The notes beneath the pieces are model-generated. The model was not told the origin of the DNA. It did not search any database and was given only the letters and a program-made list of their open reading frames with translations. Positions 37,450 to 45,032 of a stretch of DNA of 64,000 nucleotides are shown piece by piece; positions within the stretch are counted from its first letter, which is position 1, and the number at the start of each line of letters is the position of its first letter. The DNA lies in contig JBFYSP010000031.1 in NCBI GenBank assembly GCA_041301395.1, positions 19,315-83,314 of the forward strand, written 5' to 3'. The DNA comes from Anaerolineae bacterium (lineage in GTDB: Bacteria > Chloroflexota > Anaerolineae > Anaerolineales > UBA4823). The translations under genes and the position numbers were made by a program.

Positions 37450-38126
37450 GTATGCCCTTCGACCTGTCAGTTTTGCAGGAAATCTCTCTATGGGGCTATC
37501 TGCTGGTCTTCCTGGGCGGTGTGCTCACCAGCATTGGACCATGCAACCTGGCAACCATCCCCTTGATTGTCGGGTACGTGGGTGGCTCGCATGATATTTC
37601 GCGCCGGCGAGCATTCATCCTGTCATCCGCATTCGCGGTGGGCTTAGCCATCACCTTTATGCTGCTTGGGATAGCTGCGGCCCTGCTTGGCGCCTGGCTC
37701 GGCAGCGGCTCACGCTGGTGGTATTACCTGGTGGCTGCGGTTTGTTTTGTGATCGGATTGAACATGTTAGGGATCATCCCGCTCAACCTGCCGATGATGT
37801 TTGGTGGTCTGCGCGAGCGAATTGGGTTGAAGGGCGTCGCCGGCGCGCTGGCATTGGGGCTGGTTTCTGGGTTGGTAGCCTCCCAATGCGCCACCCCCGT
37901 GCTGGCTGCTATTCTGACTTACGTTATGTTGAAAGGGGCATTGATCTATGGCGCGACCCTTTTATTTGTCTACGCCCTGGGTCGCGGGGTACCAGTGGTG
38001 CTGGCTGGAACCTTTACCGGCGCTTTGAAGGGTATGCAAGCCATGGGTCGTTATTCATCGCTGATTGAAAAAGCCAGCGGCGTGATCGTCCTGGCCGTTG
38101 GGTTCTATTTCTTATGGATTGCGTGA
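37446..38126 (+). CDS. ccdA: Cytochrome c biogenesis/thiol-disulfide electron transporter CcdA (DsbD core family)
   Basis: 6 TM with the two conserved Cys contexts SIGPCNLATIPL and ASQCATPVLAA. 4-nt overlap with the thioredoxin gene. Confidence 0.8.
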   Translation: MSMPFDLSVLQEISLWGYLLVFLGGVLTSIGPCNLATIPLIVGYVGGSHDISRRRAFILSSAFAVGLAITFMLLGIAAALLGAWLGSGSRWWYYLVAAVCFVIGLNMLGIIPLNLPMMFGGLRERIGLKGVAGALALGLVSGLVASQCATPVLAAILTYVMLKGALIYGATLLFVYALGRGVPVVLAGTFTGALKGMQAMGRYSSLIEKASGVIVLAVGFYFLWIA

Positions 38127-38133
38127 GACCGCC

Positions 38134-38562
38134 ATGAGTACTCAGAAACGAAAAGCGATCTTGTTGGGCATACTCGGCCTGGTTCTAATCATTATCGGGA
38201 TCAAGTACCTCCCGTATTTCCTGGCTGTGGCCAGCCAACAATCCGAAATAATAGATAAACCGGTCATCCTGTTTTTTAGCGTGGATGAACCCTGCGAGTG
38301 CATGGTCGATCTAACTGAGGGCGCTGAAACGCAGATGGCAAACTGGCCAGTCGAGCAGCGAGGTGGGATTCCGGTAGTCCGAATTGCCATTAATATACGT
38401 GATGACCTGCAGGTGAAGTACATGGTTTTTCGCGCCCCAAGCCTGGTATTAATAAATGACCAGGACCAGGTCGCCTGGCGGCAGGATTATCCCCTGATCG
38501 AGGGTGGGCCATTTGATTTAGAAGAATTGGAGGCGGCAATTGCAGAGTTGGGTACAAAATAA
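38134..38562 (+). CDS. Membrane-anchored hypothetical protein, possible degenerate thioredoxin fold
   Basis: Start at MSTQKRKAILLGILGLVLIIIGI (TM anchor). PVILFFSVDEPCECMVD...RAPSLVLIN resembles a thioredoxin-like beta-alpha-beta core with CxC instead of CxxC. Confidence 0.4.
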   Translation: MSTQKRKAILLGILGLVLIIIGIKYLPYFLAVASQQSEIIDKPVILFFSVDEPCECMVDLTEGAETQMANWPVEQRGGIPVVRIAINIRDDLQVKYMVFRAPSLVLINDQDQVAWRQDYPLIEGGPFDLEELEAAIAELGTK

Positions 38563-39277
38563 CCCTACATTGTTAGCAGTCTTGGCACACCCGGATGATG
38601 AGACTTTCCGCCCCGGTGGGACGTTGGCACTTCTCGCTCAGCGCGGGGTTGAGGTGCATGTGCTGACCTTGACGCACGGCGAGGCCGGCTCCTGCGGAGA
38701 ACCTCCGCTGTGTACGCCTGCTGAACTACCCAGCCTGCGCGAGCGTGAATTGCGCTGCGCCTGTGCCGCGTTGGGGATTCAGCCGCCGATTTTGCTGGAT
38801 TACCCGGATGGACAGCTTACCGAGGATTATTCCGAACGGGTGATGGCTGAAATTCTAGCTGTTATCCACCAGCTTCAACCTCAAGTTCTACTCACCTTCG
38901 GCCCCGATGGGCTTTCCGGTCATCGAGACCATATCATTGTTGGGCAGTGGGCAGCCGAAGCCTTTCACCGCTCAGAGAATATTGCTGCTGCATACACCCT
39001 GGCCGTACACCGTTCGCTGGCTGAAAACCTGGGAATGAAGCAGGTGCACCCCGTTCCTGATGAGACGATTGCCCTTGCCGTAGATGTCTGCTCAGTTTGG
39101 GAGACGAAACTGGCAGCTATGCGTTGTCATACCACACAGTGGAGTTCATCGCCAATGTTTAACGCTCCTGCTGAGCGCCAGCGCCTGTTCTTTGGTTTTG
39201 AGTATTTTGTACTGGCCGCGTTGCGTCACCCTGTCGGTGATTTTCTGCCACAGATCCTCAAAGGTTTTTTACCATGA
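38540..39277 (+). CDS. PIG-L/LmbE family N-acetylglucosaminyl deacetylase (BshB/MshB/Mca-like)
   Basis: LAVLAHPDDETFRPGG, HVLTLTHGEAG, SGHRDH motifs. An alternative TTG start at 38570 would remove the 23-nt overlap. Confidence 0.75.
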   Translation: MQSWVQNNPTLLAVLAHPDDETFRPGGTLALLAQRGVEVHVLTLTHGEAGSCGEPPLCTPAELPSLRERELRCACAALGIQPPILLDYPDGQLTEDYSERVMAEILAVIHQLQPQVLLTFGPDGLSGHRDHIIVGQWAAEAFHRSENIAAAYTLAVHRSLAENLGMKQVHPVPDETIALAVDVCSVWETKLAAMRCHTTQWSSSPMFNAPAERQRLFFGFEYFVLAALRHPVGDFLPQILKGFLP

Positions 39278-39408
39278 CAGAAGCTATTCGGGTTGAAGGA
39301 TTGATCAAGACTTACGCAACCAGTAAAGGCCGCTCATCTTTGGGTGCCGTGGATGGGATTGATTTCACCACACACGCTGGCGAGGCATACCGAGTGAAGG
39401 TAGAGTAA
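39274..39408 (+). pseudogene. Remnant of an ABC transporter ATP-binding gene (first ~40 codons only)
   Basis: MTEAIRVEGLIKTYATSKGRSSLGAVDGIDFTTHAGEAY is the standard N-terminus of an ABC ATPase up to the residues just before Walker A. It then diverges (RVKVE) and stops. No Walker A, signature or Walker B follows. Confidence 0.6.
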
Positions 39409-39409
39409 T

Positions 39410-39952
39410 ATGCTGATCGAAAAATACGACCTTGAAGTCTATACGCCACCTTGCGATCCAGGCGCCGAACGTTTCGCGGCGCGGGCTCGCCTGGATGTTG
39501 ATATCTCTGAGATTTTGCCCTATCTCAATACTACTCTGCGCGGCGCAGTCTATCTCAAAGAAGCCAATGCCTTAACCTGGAAGAAAGGCGGGCACAACAT
39601 TGCCTTCCATGCCTACGAAGTTGTCACCAGCAATGTCGAAGACCGGGAAGGTGCAGAGAAGGAGCTCAAAGGGCTGATTGAACTGGTCAATCGTACTTGG
39701 GAGCGGCGAGACGAGATCACCCCTGACACAACCATCCACCAAAGACCCACGCCGATGGCGATCTATAAACTGCTGCCGCAGACCAACTGCAAGCAGTGCA
39801 GCGAGCCAACCTGCTATACCTTTGCCCTAAAACTGGCCACCTCGCAAAAGAAGCTGGCCGATTGCCCCCCACTCACCGAGCCGGTGTTTGCCGAAAAGAA
39901 AGCCGCTTTAGATAGCCTGATCATCGAAGCTCCAGCGATTGGTAAGGAGTGA
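39410..39952 (+). CDS. Uncharacterised protein A: novel N-terminal domain plus C-terminal 4Fe-4S-type domain (CFeSP/RnfB N-terminal-like)
   Basis: C-terminus YKLLPQTNCKQCSEPTCYTFALKLATSQKKLADCPPL (CX2CX4CX16CP). I recognise this as the putative Fe-S cluster domain found at the N-terminus of the corrinoid Fe-S protein large subunit and RnfB. I do not recognise the 110-aa N-terminal domain. Confidence 0.6.
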   Translation: MLIEKYDLEVYTPPCDPGAERFAARARLDVDISEILPYLNTTLRGAVYLKEANALTWKKGGHNIAFHAYEVVTSNVEDREGAEKELKGLIELVNRTWERRDEITPDTTIHQRPTPMAIYKLLPQTNCKQCSEPTCYTFALKLATSQKKLADCPPLTEPVFAEKKAALDSLIIEAPAIGKE

Positions 39953-39954
39953 AC

Positions 39955-40101
39955 ATGAACAAGAGTATTGCACTTGTACTCGAAGAACAGGATCTTATCG
40001 AGCTGATCCGGGTATTGCTTGATGAGGATGGCGATGGCGCGCTGGCTTTCCTCAAAGTGCATTTCAAGGGAAAGGCACGCGAGTTGCTGGAAGGGGGCTG
40101 A
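39955..40101 (+). CDS. 48-aa acidic mini-protein
   Basis: Not in the ORF track (under 60 aa). MNKSIALVLEEQDLIELIRVLLDEDGDGALAFLKVHFKGKARELLEGG, with a strong AAGGAG Shine-Dalgarno 5 nt upstream. Starts 2 nt after the stop of protein A. Confidence 0.5.
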   Translation: MNKSIALVLEEQDLIELIRVLLDEDGDGALAFLKVHFKGKARELLEGG

Positions 40102-40160
40102 AAGGTAATGCTGGACGTGCCCGGTGCGGGCATGACACAGATAAAATCCGGAATGCTTCG

Positions 40161-40706
40161 GTGAATTACCTCGAGTCTATCGCCCTGGTCCGTACCTTGC
40201 CTTGCCTGGCATACCCGGGTAGGATTATTGTGATTGGCAAACCGTCCAATTCTCTCGAGCAGGTTTTACCATACCTGGCCAGTCTACCGGGAGTGATTGC
40301 CTATAACCCCGAAACGTTGACGCTCACATTTCGCCGCCAGCCCGGATTTATGACCCTCTACCCAGACAAGGTGTACATCACCCAGATCAAGAATCCTGAA
40401 GAGGGATTGGAGCTGCTTGAGGCTCTGGTCGCTGCCATTAATGCCACCTGGGAAGGCCGTGCTGACCTTGTCGCCATGACGGCTTTCCGCACAGCGCCGC
40501 GCCCGCTGGATATTTGGACGCTCCTGCCGCAGACTAATTGCAAACTATGCGGCGAAGATACCTGCCTGGCTTTTGCCTGTAATCTGCTATTATATAAAAG
40601 GGAACTAGCTGATTGCCGGCCGCTGCAAGAAGACCCGGCTTTTTCTGATCGGCTGGCTACCCTGGAAGCAATGATTCAGGCAAAAATCCAGCCGGAGGCA
40701 ATATGA
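40161..40706 (+). CDS. Uncharacterised protein B: paralogue of protein A (same N-terminal domain plus C-terminal Fe-S-type domain)
   Basis: GTG start. Colinear with protein A: Cys at residue 15, LPYL motif, INATWEGR versus VNRTWERR, and WTLLPQTNCKLCGEDTCLAFACNLLLYKRELADCRPL. Confidence 0.6.
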   Translation: MNYLESIALVRTLPCLAYPGRIIVIGKPSNSLEQVLPYLASLPGVIAYNPETLTLTFRRQPGFMTLYPDKVYITQIKNPEEGLELLEALVAAINATWEGRADLVAMTAFRTAPRPLDIWTLLPQTNCKLCGEDTCLAFACNLLLYKRELADCRPLQEDPAFSDRLATLEAMIQAKIQPEAI

Positions 40707-41920
40707 CAGATCTCACCAATCTCGCTTTAGAAAAAGCCCAGGCGATCCTGGACAGGGAATGCAGCCCGATAGGCCTGATGGCCTCACCGGAGGGCTATCC
40801 ACATGTTTGGGCGCGTGACAGCGTCATCACCTCCCTGGGAGCGCTGCTGGCTCCCGGTCACGAGAACTGCCTGAAGGTCTCGCTGCAGACCCTGGGCGGA
40901 CAGCAGTCTGAGCTGGGGGCGATCCCCAATAACGTCAGTGTCGCTACCGGGCGGCTGGATCATACCAACGCCGGCTCGGTCGACTCCAACCTGTGGTTTA
41001 TCCTGGGATATGCCTTCCAGCAGCGGGTGTGGGGCGAACTCACTTTCCTGCAAGAAGCCTGGCCGGCATTGGAACAGGCGCTGCTCTGGCTGCGCTACCA
41101 GGATTCTAACGGCTGCGGCCTGCTGGAGGTGCACGAGGCTGCCGATTGGGCCGATCTGCTGGCCAACCGCTTCAATGTGCTCTATGATAACGTGCTGTGG
41201 TATGCCGCCCTGAATGCTATGGGCGAGATGGCCGCAGTCCTGGGCCGGGATGGTGAGCGTTACACTGCCATGGCCCGCGATGTGCGCCACAAGATTCGCA
41301 TCGTGCTGTGGGTCGGAAAAGAAAACGAAGAAGAGTGGGGGCCAAACTGCCCGGGGCATGGCGAGTGGATTCACACCCTCAGCCAGGTCGATCCTGTGCT
41401 GGTAAAGCGTCCCTACTTCCTGCCTTATGTGGCTTTCCGCGATTTCGGCGATTATTGTGATGTTTTCGGCAATTTATTGGCGGTCTTATTTGGCGTCGCC
41501 AACCCGGCTCAGGAAAAGCGCATCCTGGATTACCTGCATCAAGTCGGCATTGCTGAGCCTTATCCAGTACGGGTGCTAAACCCGATCATTTACCCGGGCA
41601 ACAAGGACTGGCGTGAATACTACCGTAACAACAACCTGAACCTGCCCGAGCAGTATCATAATGGTGGGATTTGGCCTTTTGTGGGTGGTTTTTACGTGGC
41701 GGCCCTGGTCAAGGCTGGCCGGCTGGAAGAAGCACGCCGGCAGTTGGAGAAACTGGCCGAAGTCAACCGCCTGGGCGTCGAAGAAGAGTGGGAATTCAAC
41801 GAGTGGTGCCATGGTCGCACCGGGCAGCCAATGGGTTATCCCCACCAGGCCTGGTCTGCTGGAATGTACATCTTCGCCTACCATTGTGTGCAGCGGGGAT
41901 TCGTGCCCATCCTGGTTTAG
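40703..41920 (+). CDS. (alpha/alpha)6 glycosidase, GH100 (alkaline/neutral invertase)/amylo-alpha-1,6-glucosidase-like
   Basis: GYPHVWARDSVITSLGAL, DSNLWFILGY, EAADWADLLANRFNVLYDNVLWYAAL and YHNGGIWPFVGGFYVAALVKAGRLEEA parallel GH100/GDE_C motifs. ATGA overlap with protein B, GGAGG Shine-Dalgarno. Confidence 0.6.
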   Translation: MTDLTNLALEKAQAILDRECSPIGLMASPEGYPHVWARDSVITSLGALLAPGHENCLKVSLQTLGGQQSELGAIPNNVSVATGRLDHTNAGSVDSNLWFILGYAFQQRVWGELTFLQEAWPALEQALLWLRYQDSNGCGLLEVHEAADWADLLANRFNVLYDNVLWYAALNAMGEMAAVLGRDGERYTAMARDVRHKIRIVLWVGKENEEEWGPNCPGHGEWIHTLSQVDPVLVKRPYFLPYVAFRDFGDYCDVFGNLLAVLFGVANPAQEKRILDYLHQVGIAEPYPVRVLNPIIYPGNKDWREYYRNNNLNLPEQYHNGGIWPFVGGFYVAALVKAGRLEEARRQLEKLAEVNRLGVEEEWEFNEWCHGRTGQPMGYPHQAWSAGMYIFAYHCVQRGFVPILV

Positions 41921-42110
41921 ATCTTTTCCTCTCAAGCAAGTGCCTGCTCCAGGCCGAGCTGCTTCCCGGCGGCAAAATGCACCGGAAAGGCCTCAGGTCT
42001 CACCCCTGGAGTTTCAGTAACCCGCAATAGAATTCATACCTTATAATCAACTGAATTCCAGCTGCCAGGTCGCCTGGCAATGAAATTATTCTTGTTGGCT
42101 TATTGTTGAA

Positions 42111-44942
42111 ATGCAACCCAATAGAATTCGCCTATCAGCTCAGTCTTACCTTTCCCTGGCGTTTATCCAGGGTTTGCTGTTCCTGGCCGTCATGCTGCGG
42201 GAGCCCTCCGAGAGCGAGCAGGCCGTGCTGTTTGGCTTTTCCGCCACCCGGGTTGTGCTGGCGCTGGCTCTCCTGGCAATCAGCCTGGGGTGGGGGTTCT
42301 TACTGCTGGCTTCGTTTTTCTGGCGGGATTGGTTTGATCGGCAAGCCTCTATACTGGTAGCCTGGTTAAGCCGGCCGAAGGTGTGGGGCTGGGTGTTTGT
42401 GCTTTCCCTGGCCGGCTTCTGCAGCGGGCCGTATCTGCTGCCGCTCACGCCGGAAGTGGACGAGCTCTTTACCCGCATGATTATTGATCGGGTAATGCCT
42501 TTGTTCCTTTACCTCAGCGGTTTGTGCGCTCAGAACCTGCTGGTCTTGGGCGTGCTGCGCGCACCTCTTGTGCGGCAATACAAGAAAACCCTTTTCCTGT
42601 TCCTGTTTTTTTACCTGTTGTTGATTTTGCTGGCCTTTCACCCCTGGCTGTCGATCGTTACTGATGCAGCCGGTTTTCGCGAACGGGCTTTGGGATGGAA
42701 TGAAATGGGCGCCCCAATCCTGGATACACAGGTATTCCTGGCCTGGCTGGTGGCCTTGGGACTGGCCGGCCTGTTCTCGACGAGAATGTCGTTTACCGGC
42801 AAGGTGCAGTCCTCCAGGCATTTCTCTCCGCGCCTGGTAGATTGGACCATCGTTCTAGGTCTATGGCTGGCGGGCGCCGTCCTGTGGAATAGCCTCCCCA
42901 TCATCGACCAATACTATATCTCCGGGCCTCTTGCCCCAAACTTTGAATACTACCCAAAATCGGATGCCCTGGGTTATGACCTCACTGCGCAAATCATGCT
43001 GGCGGGTGAAGGCTACCATTTTGTCACCGATCTGCTCAGTCACCGGCCTATGCACACCCTGTACCTGACTCTCTTGCATCTCGTCGCCGGGCAGGACTAT
43101 GAGCGCGTGGTATTTTTTCAGGTCTGCCTCCTGGCGATATTCCCGGTCCTGGTTTACCTGCTGACACGGAAACTTGCCAACCGCCTGGCAGGATTGATCG
43201 CCGCTCTGCTCGTACTATTGCGACAGGCAAATTCTATTGCTGAAGCGAGTAGCTTTAGCTCGCATGCAAAATCTCTATTGGTCGATCTGCCCGGGGCGGT
43301 AGGTGTCGCTTTGCTGCTCCTGCTGCTGTTAAGGTGGTTGGAAGAGCCTCGCCGCAGGCTGGTGGATCTGCTTCTGGCGGGAGGGGTATGGGGCATGCTG
43401 ATCCTGCTGCGCCAGGAATTCGCCGGCCTGGCGCTCACCATCCTGCTGGCTTTGGTGGTCGCCTATTGGAGGCTGCCCCGCTGGATGATAAAAGGCGGGC
43501 TGGTCTTTGGCCTTGGTGCGCTGCTGGTACTATCCCCCTGGCTATATCGTAACTCCCGGGTGGCAGGGTTGACCTTTCGTGATACGATCCGCGTTCAGGC
43601 TGGTTTTGTCCGTTGGCGCAACATGGCCAACACCTCCGCTGCTGCCGAGCAAGAAGCTGATACTCCCAATCTACAGTCGCCTGCGGTGAGGGTTCCACCG
43701 CTCGGCACGCCGTTTCCGCGCTTTCCCGTTGCCCTGGCTCCCGCGGCCTCTCCTCTGCCTCAGACGAAAGACGCCTCACCCGGCTTCGAGGAGGTAGATT
43801 CAGCGCCCCAATTGCCGGGGACTCCGGCTCCATCGGCAGGTGAAATTGGGTCACAGCTTCCGCTAAATGGTACACAGCGACCCTCTTTCACTGGCGGGCT
43901 TGGGGTCTATGCCGAGTCAGTCCTGATGCATATGATCAACAATCAGGATCAGCTCGTCTTCTACCTGCCGGGCAGCTTCCGGATCATTGAAAGCCTGATC
44001 GGCTTTCTGGGGCATCAGAATCCGCACAGGTTGTGGGCTGAATGCTGTTCAATGAAGAATTACATGCGGCGGTTGACATTTTGGCCGGAATGGGATGGGC
44101 GCTTCTTGCGCCAAAGCATCCTGGTGCTGCTGGCAAACCTGTTCTTGCTTTCCGTAGGAATTGCAGTAGCCAGTCGGAGTCCCCGGCGAATTGCGGGTCT
44201 GCTCCCGCTACTGGTAGCGGTTAACTATTTCCTGGTCAATGCCGCCATCCAGAATTCCGGCGGGCGCTACATCATTCCGGTGGATTGGGTCAGCCTGCTG
44301 TATTATTCCGCCGGTCTTTCCGCCGTGAGCTGGTGGCTGGTTAGCATCTTGAGGGGGAGATTTGCCTCCTTAATCAACGCCCAGCCGGGCGATACCGCCT
44401 TCCAGTCGCTCTTCGTAGATAAATCTCCCCTTGCTGAGGAACCCCGATCACGCCAGCGCTTTTCGTTACACAACCCCTGGCTGGTTGCCGCTCTGGTCGG
44501 CTTGTTCCTGGTAGGCTGCGCCCTGCCGCTGCTGGAAAAGGCTATCCCTCAGGCAAATCCCCCGCAGGTGCAGGCTGCCATGCTCGAGCAGCTGCTGGAA
44601 TCGGATCGGCTCTCTGACAGCGGGAGTAACCGCCTGCAAAACCTGCTGGCTGAGCCGGGTTCGGCGGTTTATGCCGGCAGGGCAATTTACCCGCGCTTTT
44701 TTAAAACCGGCGAGGGTGAGACGGATTCGGGCAATCCATTCACCCCCCGCCCCTACAATTACCTGGGGTTTTACCTGGCTGGCCCGGAAAGCCGCTCTGT
44801 TGTCATGCCGCTCGAAGCGCCTCCACAATGGCTGCCCCATACCACCGATGTGCTGGTGTTTGCTGGTGAAGATGGCCGTGCCGCCGCCATCGCGGTCTTC
44901 GATCGGGATCACCAGCCGGTGCAACTGCTGTACAGGCCCTGA
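42111..44942 (+). CDS. Giant polytopic membrane protein, GT-C-like glycosyltransferase, copy 1
   Basis: 943 aa and more than 15 TM. From about residue 290, SDALGYD...HRPMHTLYLTLLHLVAGQDYERVVFFQVCLLAIFPVLVYLLTRKLANRLAGLIAALLVLL resembles the first loop and helices of ArnT/PMT-type GT-C enzymes. Internal Pro-rich linker. Assignment is by resemblance only. Confidence 0.5.
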   Translation: MQPNRIRLSAQSYLSLAFIQGLLFLAVMLREPSESEQAVLFGFSATRVVLALALLAISLGWGFLLLASFFWRDWFDRQASILVAWLSRPKVWGWVFVLSLAGFCSGPYLLPLTPEVDELFTRMIIDRVMPLFLYLSGLCAQNLLVLGVLRAPLVRQYKKTLFLFLFFYLLLILLAFHPWLSIVTDAAGFRERALGWNEMGAPILDTQVFLAWLVALGLAGLFSTRMSFTGKVQSSRHFSPRLVDWTIVLGLWLAGAVLWNSLPIIDQYYISGPLAPNFEYYPKSDALGYDLTAQIMLAGEGYHFVTDLLSHRPMHTLYLTLLHLVAGQDYERVVFFQVCLLAIFPVLVYLLTRKLANRLAGLIAALLVLLRQANSIAEASSFSSHAKSLLVDLPGAVGVALLLLLLLRWLEEPRRRLVDLLLAGGVWGMLILLRQEFAGLALTILLALVVAYWRLPRWMIKGGLVFGLGALLVLSPWLYRNSRVAGLTFRDTIRVQAGFVRWRNMANTSAAAEQEADTPNLQSPAVRVPPLGTPFPRFPVALAPAASPLPQTKDASPGFEEVDSAPQLPGTPAPSAGEIGSQLPLNGTQRPSFTGGLGVYAESVLMHMINNQDQLVFYLPGSFRIIESLIGFLGHQNPHRLWAECCSMKNYMRRLTFWPEWDGRFLRQSILVLLANLFLLSVGIAVASRSPRRIAGLLPLLVAVNYFLVNAAIQNSGGRYIIPVDWVSLLYYSAGLSAVSWWLVSILRGRFASLINAQPGDTAFQSLFVDKSPLAEEPRSRQRFSLHNPWLVAALVGLFLVGCALPLLEKAIPQANPPQVQAAMLEQLLESDRLSDSGSNRLQNLLAEPGSAVYAGRAIYPRFFKTGEGETDSGNPFTPRPYNYLGFYLAGPESRSVVMPLEAPPQWLPHTTDVLVFAGEDGRAAAIAVFDRDHQPVQLLYRP

Positions 44943-45032
44943 ACTATCGCAGATTCCTGCCTTATAATGTGCAGGTGTTTCCTTGCCGTTTACCCGGATT
45001 ATGGCACGCCACCATGCTGATCGCTCGAAAAC

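Noticed and set aside
32208-38562. Possible selenocysteine recoding in the redox genes (thioredoxins, AhpD-like, OsmC-like, DGC)
   Set aside because: All CxxC/CxC positions are encoded by Cys codons, and every ORF is continuous without an in-frame TGA that would need recoding.
42025-42129. 11-nt direct repeat CAATAGAATTC (42025-42035 and 42119-42129) flanking the start of GT-C copy 1
   Set aside because: It has only two copies, one of them inside the coding sequence, and no counterpart at copy 2. Most simply a coincidence rather than an att or target-site duplication.
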